64,000 nucleotides of DNA. Source: Dimorphilus gyrociliatus (Eukaryota; Animalia; Annelida). The stretch spans positions 67,381 through 131,380 of the forward strand of contig CAJFCJ010000039.1 of NCBI GenBank assembly GCA_904063045.1, written 5' to 3'. Positions within the stretch are counted from its first letter, which is position 1. Every line of letters starts with the position of its first letter. The notes below the pieces were generated by a model. The model searched no databases. It was not told where the DNA came from and saw nothing but the letters and a program-made list of their open reading frames with translations. The position numbers and the translations under genes were made by a program. Shown one piece after another: positions 59,701 to 64,000 of the stretch.

Positions 59701-62700
59701 ACGTTAAACAACAGCGCCACCTCGAAATCGGGGTTAAACGAGGGGAAACAGTGGCGCGTGCCGTGGACCGGTCCGAGTCGCGTGGTCAGTAGGCGTGGTT
59801 AAATTGTGGACGGGTCAAGTAGGAGGGGCGTGGTTGACCACGTGTGGTCAAGTTGTTCTTTTAAAATTTTTCCTATTGGTTGTTCTATTTAGTTCATTCG
59901 GGTAACGCATTCAAACATTCGTCTGGGCAATCGGATACGCGAAGTTTAAGGTAAAAAAATCGCGGCAGATGTACGCCACTCAGCTTTTCTGAATCGCGCA
60001 AGCGTAAAAATGTTACCTGCGCTATAGCACCGTCGGACGTCCAAAGAGGATGATACGTTCCCAATTCGCCACCGCGTTCCGTCATACTTCCGGCGGCCGC
60101 TCGAAGTAGATGATCTGTAAAAAATGAAGAAGAATTGAAGAAATTTTCATAGTTGCTTAATCTTTTATAATCCGATTAAGGACGAACACGAATGCTGAAG
60201 GACGCGTCAACATTCCTAATGTTAAAAAAGTTAAACAACACTATCTCATCCGGTTATTTTCCAGAAAATGCCGCAACACTAACCCTGAACAGATTAATAA
60301 ATAAATAGCACATAGACAGACACTCTAACAAGGAGAATTTTTATAAAGAACCCTTTCCACAATCTGCTCAGACGTCTGCTTCCTCTTAATTTTGCTCTCT
60401 TTTCTATGTTTCCATCACCTAGTTCCCTATTCCAATCTGCCAGTCTCTCAAACTCCCTTGTACTCCTCTTATAATTCATTCTAATATAATCATTTAGCTT
60501 TTATTAAATTCCGCATTTTTATCTTGAAATTCTCTAAACGTAAACTAAAAAAATTCGTGTCTACGCATAATTCCAACAATCCGAAATTATTGCGACTGGC
60601 CGAGGTCAATATTTATTTGCCGAATATATTACCGGGCACTTGATCATCCATTGAAAAATGATAAAACCCTCTACCTTATTCTATTTACATACTATACATA
60701 TATAACTTTTAAGATGGAGAAGATTAAAAGGGCAAAATATTAATTCCGCACACATTTCAATATATGACCCGCATTTTTCACGATTTATCGCCAAAATCAT
60801 AAAAATAATATAAAGTTAATAGAAAAGCGGTTAAGGTCTCATAATGTTTTGTAATAAAAGATGGCAAACGGCACGTAAATAATATTGAATGCGTCCAAAT
60901 GGACCTTGTCTCGTGTGCTATTTTTTTTTCGTTCTCTTTTTGATACGTTCGCTTTCGATATTAACTGGGAAACCAGGAATAACGCCAAAAATTCGCAAAG
61001 TTGGAGAGAGGGGAGAGAGGGGAGGGGAGGGAGGGAGGAAAGTAGAGAGTATGTGTGTCAGAGGATATACTGTATGAAAGGTTAACTAGATTTTTATACA
61101 AAAATTCCATTTTCGCTTTTTTCAACATTCCATATATATTAAATTATATACTGCATATAGACAAAAAAAATTTTTAGCCATAGAAAAAGTTCTTATCGTA
61201 TGCGCCATAACGTTCGACCTCTTTTTTCCGATCGACTTAATTCTCTTCTACCGTATCTTTCTAATCTAAATTATTGCCGAAAAGAACTTGTATAGATTCT
61301 TTTATGTGTTTCGGAAAGGCGGAAGGAGATGGAACCAACCAAAAATTAGAATGAAAAAAAAAAAAAGCATAAAGAATAAAAACCAATGCAACGGAGGCGG
61401 TGGTTTATGTAGTAGATCATTTTAAAATATCTCATGAGGCGCGTTTATTGGATATATAAATCAATGAAACGGCCCGATCCCGACCTAACAACAATAAGAC
61501 GAGACGACGAAAGAATTTCATATGAGAGAATATAATAATCAAAGAGGATCACACACGTTGGGGAGAGATTTATATTAAAAAATATACTTTCAGGGTCAAT
61601 TCGAAGGTATGAAGAAAATCGCGTGCTCGACGCGTGCTTTCTCCTCTTTCAAATATTTTTTTTTCTTTAATTCTATACCTCCTTTCCTTAAACCCTTTTT
61701 TCATTTTACAATAGTGTTCAACTAGGAACCTTGCCTTTTAGGCCTATTTATTATGGTAATATACAACAAGCTAACACATCTACCTCTTCACTCGCTGCCT
61801 TCTTTATTTTTTTTTTCTATCAAAACTTTGACAAAGTGTACAGTTAAGTATTGAAATTGGTAGAAATTATATTCTAGAAATATAAAGAAATGAAACGGAA
61901 ATGAGACATGGCTTTCTTTAAGGTTGCTTTCAACAACCCACTTGTCTTTCTGGTCTATACATTAGATATAAAAGGAAAGAGCGTGTTAAGCGCGTGCTTG
62001 GTTCAAGCATATTTCCAAGCAGGCCTATTACGTGCGTTGAAAAGGAAAGAGCTAGCTCGCACGCAATTCACTACGTATAAAGGGTGGCAATACTTAGGCC
62101 TAGAAAAATTCGCGTTAGAGTAAATAATTAGAGAGGAAATAAACTTGGTCGCATCGAAAAAATTATTGTACGTTATTTGAATAGTTAAGTATTTCGTTGA
62201 ACGTCACCTGCCGCCTCTTTCGTTCTTTTGAAATTAATTCATAAAAAAACTACGTAGGACGCTTTTAAACCCTCATACACACAGACATATACAAACGTAA
62301 TAAATATAGTAAATATATAACGTGGTCGGAAGAGATGTAACCTCTAAAATATTCAAATCTAAACGCCTAATTCCTTCGATATTCCCCCTTCCTTCTTCCG
62401 CCGTTCTACTTTGTTATATTTACATATGTCGTTAACTCGAACAGTTTTAATTCTTCTCTTTTTATTTCAATTTTTTATCTTGGTGTTTTTTTATTTATTT
62501 TTCACTTTTTTTTCTCTTTCACCTAAATAGAAATGTATACCCGAATCTTTCGTCTTAAAAGACACACACAAATTTATTCGTTACGAAGGAAAAAATCTCT
62601 TGTGTTCCTACTAAGAAGTTTAATGTCTTTTTTTGTATAGGAAATAATTCATTTACATTCACCACTATCAATAGACTTATTCAATTTTTGAATAACCGTC

Positions 62701-62959
62701 ATCCGCCCGGTTCGTTTTGCGCTACTAATTTTAAAAAGTGAAATTTCAGAGGCTTTAAAGAAAACGATAAAGCTAACCTAATTTTTTTTGACCCAACTTT
62801 TTGTTAAAAAAATATTATAGAAGCAGCAAAAATCGTTTTTTGCGAAAAAATAAAAGAAACCCAGACAAGCTCACCCTGCCGCCAGCTATGTCCTATTCGT
62901 TGATCCCAGAACATCTCCGTTGGCGCGTAATAGGCACTCGAATCCTGATGACCGAACAT
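56752..62959 (-). CDS. rn: Rotund/squeeze/LIN-29/ZNF362-384 family C2H2 transcription factor, six fingers (about 445 aa from distal ATG)
   Basis: Exons 62959-62875, 60114-60017, 58118-57732 and 57519-56752 (1338 nt in frame). Fingers include KPYKCPTCNKCFANSSYLSQHARIH, FTQLCHLQQHMRTHTGEKPYKC, KPYRCNSCYKCF and SKHLKTHICHVCGKSYTQETYL, diagnostic for Rotund. The two 3' exons are near-certain; the 5' exons are less so. Confidence 0.9.
58318..58560 (-). other. Candidate non-coding alternative first exon C of rotund-like gene
   Basis: CpG-rich leader ending TAA|gtgagt at 58318. Translation would start at ATG 58082 (GCAACAATGG, strong context). The 5' end is approximate. Confidence 0.4.
59627..59659 (-). 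CDS. rn: Candidate alternative first coding exon B of rotund-like gene
   Basis: ATG 59659 gives MERGMYQYDYW with a TGG|gtgagt phase-0 donor, in frame with exon 58118. A GC-box-rich island lies just upstream. Confidence 0.5.
59714..59727 (-). promoter_or_regulatory. CTCF-like core motif near rotund exon B
   Basis: TTTCGAGGTGGCGC on (-). Confidence 0.35.
59779..59853 (-). promoter_or_regulatory. Internal promoter motif cluster (GGCGTGG KLF/SP boxes, GTGGTY/GTGGTCA repeats, CACGTG E-box)
   Basis: GGCGTGGTT occurs twice, GTGGTCA twice, and a GTGGTTGACCAC near-palindrome, about 120-190 nt upstream of ATG 59659. Confidence 0.4.
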
Positions 62960-63039
62960 CTCTCTTCTCAATACAACTAATGCGGAGAGAACAGTCAAAG
63001 AAAGAGCGGCGTAAGTGGCGCCAAAAAAGCCGCTCTCAG

Positions 63040-63073
63040 CCAATAGGCGGGTGCGATTGGCGAGACTCCGCCC
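63040..63073 (-). promoter_or_regulatory. Distal promoter of rotund-like gene: two CCAAT boxes and two GC boxes
   Basis: CCAAT 63040-63044, GGCGGG 63046-63051, ATTGG 63056-63060, CCGCCC 63068-63073. Confidence 0.55.
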
Positions 63074-64000
63074 ATATTGCTGCATTTCTTTTAGGACATT
63101 ATAGAAAATACGTCGATAAACGTGTACGACGCTAGTGCACGTAAGAATTATTAGAGTGCAAAAACCCGTTGTTTTCTATGTACGTTACACTTTATAATTT
63201 AGCATTTGTAAATCTAAAAAGAGCCGTCTTTTTTCGATCAACAGAAGACCCGTTCGCTAATTATACGAGTGACATAGTAATTAGGACCAAGAATGTAAAA
63301 ATTGGCCATGCGTTTTGTTTGAAAATAAAAAAAGGAGTGATAAGGCCAAATATGCATTACGCGAGATGACAGACAATCGTTCCTACTACAACAACTAAAT
63401 TGTTTTTCTTATCGTTTGAAAATATGGAAAAACTGACAAAAAGCGGCAAAGACTTTAATCACGTTCGGCAGCAAAAAGTGGGTGGCCAAAATACTTTCTT
63501 AACGCCTTGCTAACGCCCGGCAAAACTTACGAGATAGGCGTTAAAAATCATTTTTCTAATTAAAAAATACAGGGCAAAAAAAGAAAACGCGGCAAAAAAG
63601 AGATGCCGCAAAGAATTAAAAATTGCCAACAGGCGTCTTTTCCAACTTCCTTATGCTTTACATAATGATTTTTGTCGATAGTTTTCAAGAGAACGAAATA
63701 TTGCGCACGTGTTCTCCTACCCACCGTGAAACGTAAACGTTTTTCTAACGTTACCGATATATTGGTGCAAGGAAGCGCGAAAATAAACAAAGGCGTCTGT
63801 ATCGAATAATTCTTCATATCGAACGACGTCTCTTACTTTATCGACGTCTTTCGTACGACAAAACCGTTACGCAACGAGTTTTCTCTTTGTCGTTTAGCTG
63901 ATCAAACGCGACCGTTGCAGACGAACCGCGACCGTATCGGGTTTCCAGCATAAAACAAAGAAAAAGCACACACACGGCGCTGCTGTTTATAAAAAGAGAA

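Noticed and set aside
11152-62959. Co-location of cpo/RBPMS, PTB and rotund as a functional regulatory cluster
   Set aside because: They are separated by unrelated genes in mixed orientations. Without synteny data, proximity in a gene-dense genome is uninformative.
62960-63085. Upstream ATG 63085 extending rotund isoform A by 42 aa
   Set aside because: It lies upstream of the CCAAT/GC boxes on the minus strand, so probably not in the mRNA. ATG 62959 preferred.
1-64000. tRNA, rRNA, snRNA, CRISPR array, intact transposase or reverse transcriptase ORFs
   Set aside because: Manual search for T-loop (GTTCRA) cloverleafs, U1/U2/U4/U5/U6 signatures, regular repeat-spacer arrays and TE protein motifs found none. 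A covariance-model scan (Infernal/Rfam, tRNAscan-SE) would be needed to exclude divergent ncRNAs.

Overview
AT-rich animal (bilaterian) genomic DNA with many microsatellites and mostly short GT-AG introns (about 50-150 nt). A compact-genome spiralian such as an annelid is my inference, not shown. I reconstructed these genes by hand: (1) first coding exon of a couch potato/RBPMS gene (-, 11152-11226), whose intron 1 runs off the left edge (>11 kb); (2) an intronless orphan ORF with a PP1-docking RVxF motif (-); (3) an intronless RING + beta-propeller TRIM-NHL-like gene lacking a B-box (+); (4) a 4-exon secreted beta-lactamase/Pab87-like serine hydrolase (-); (5) a decayed tandem paralog of that gene, which appears to carry an extra intron; (6) a polypyrimidine tract-binding protein gene (+); (7) a 5-exon BC-box/Cul2-box LRR gene (+); (8) a six-finger rotund/lin-29/ZNF362-type gene (-) with three candidate first exons. 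The most striking feature is the PTB locus. It has two duplicated alternative terminal exons that each complete RRM4, the 34-nt frameshifting exon equivalent to vertebrate PTBP1 exon 11, a 39-nt linker cassette and two candidate first exons. CTCF-like motifs recur at promoters and gene boundaries, and RFX X-boxes occur in the cpo intron. I found no tRNA, rRNA, CRISPR array or intact transposon. All splice models come from reading the sequence and lack transcript support.
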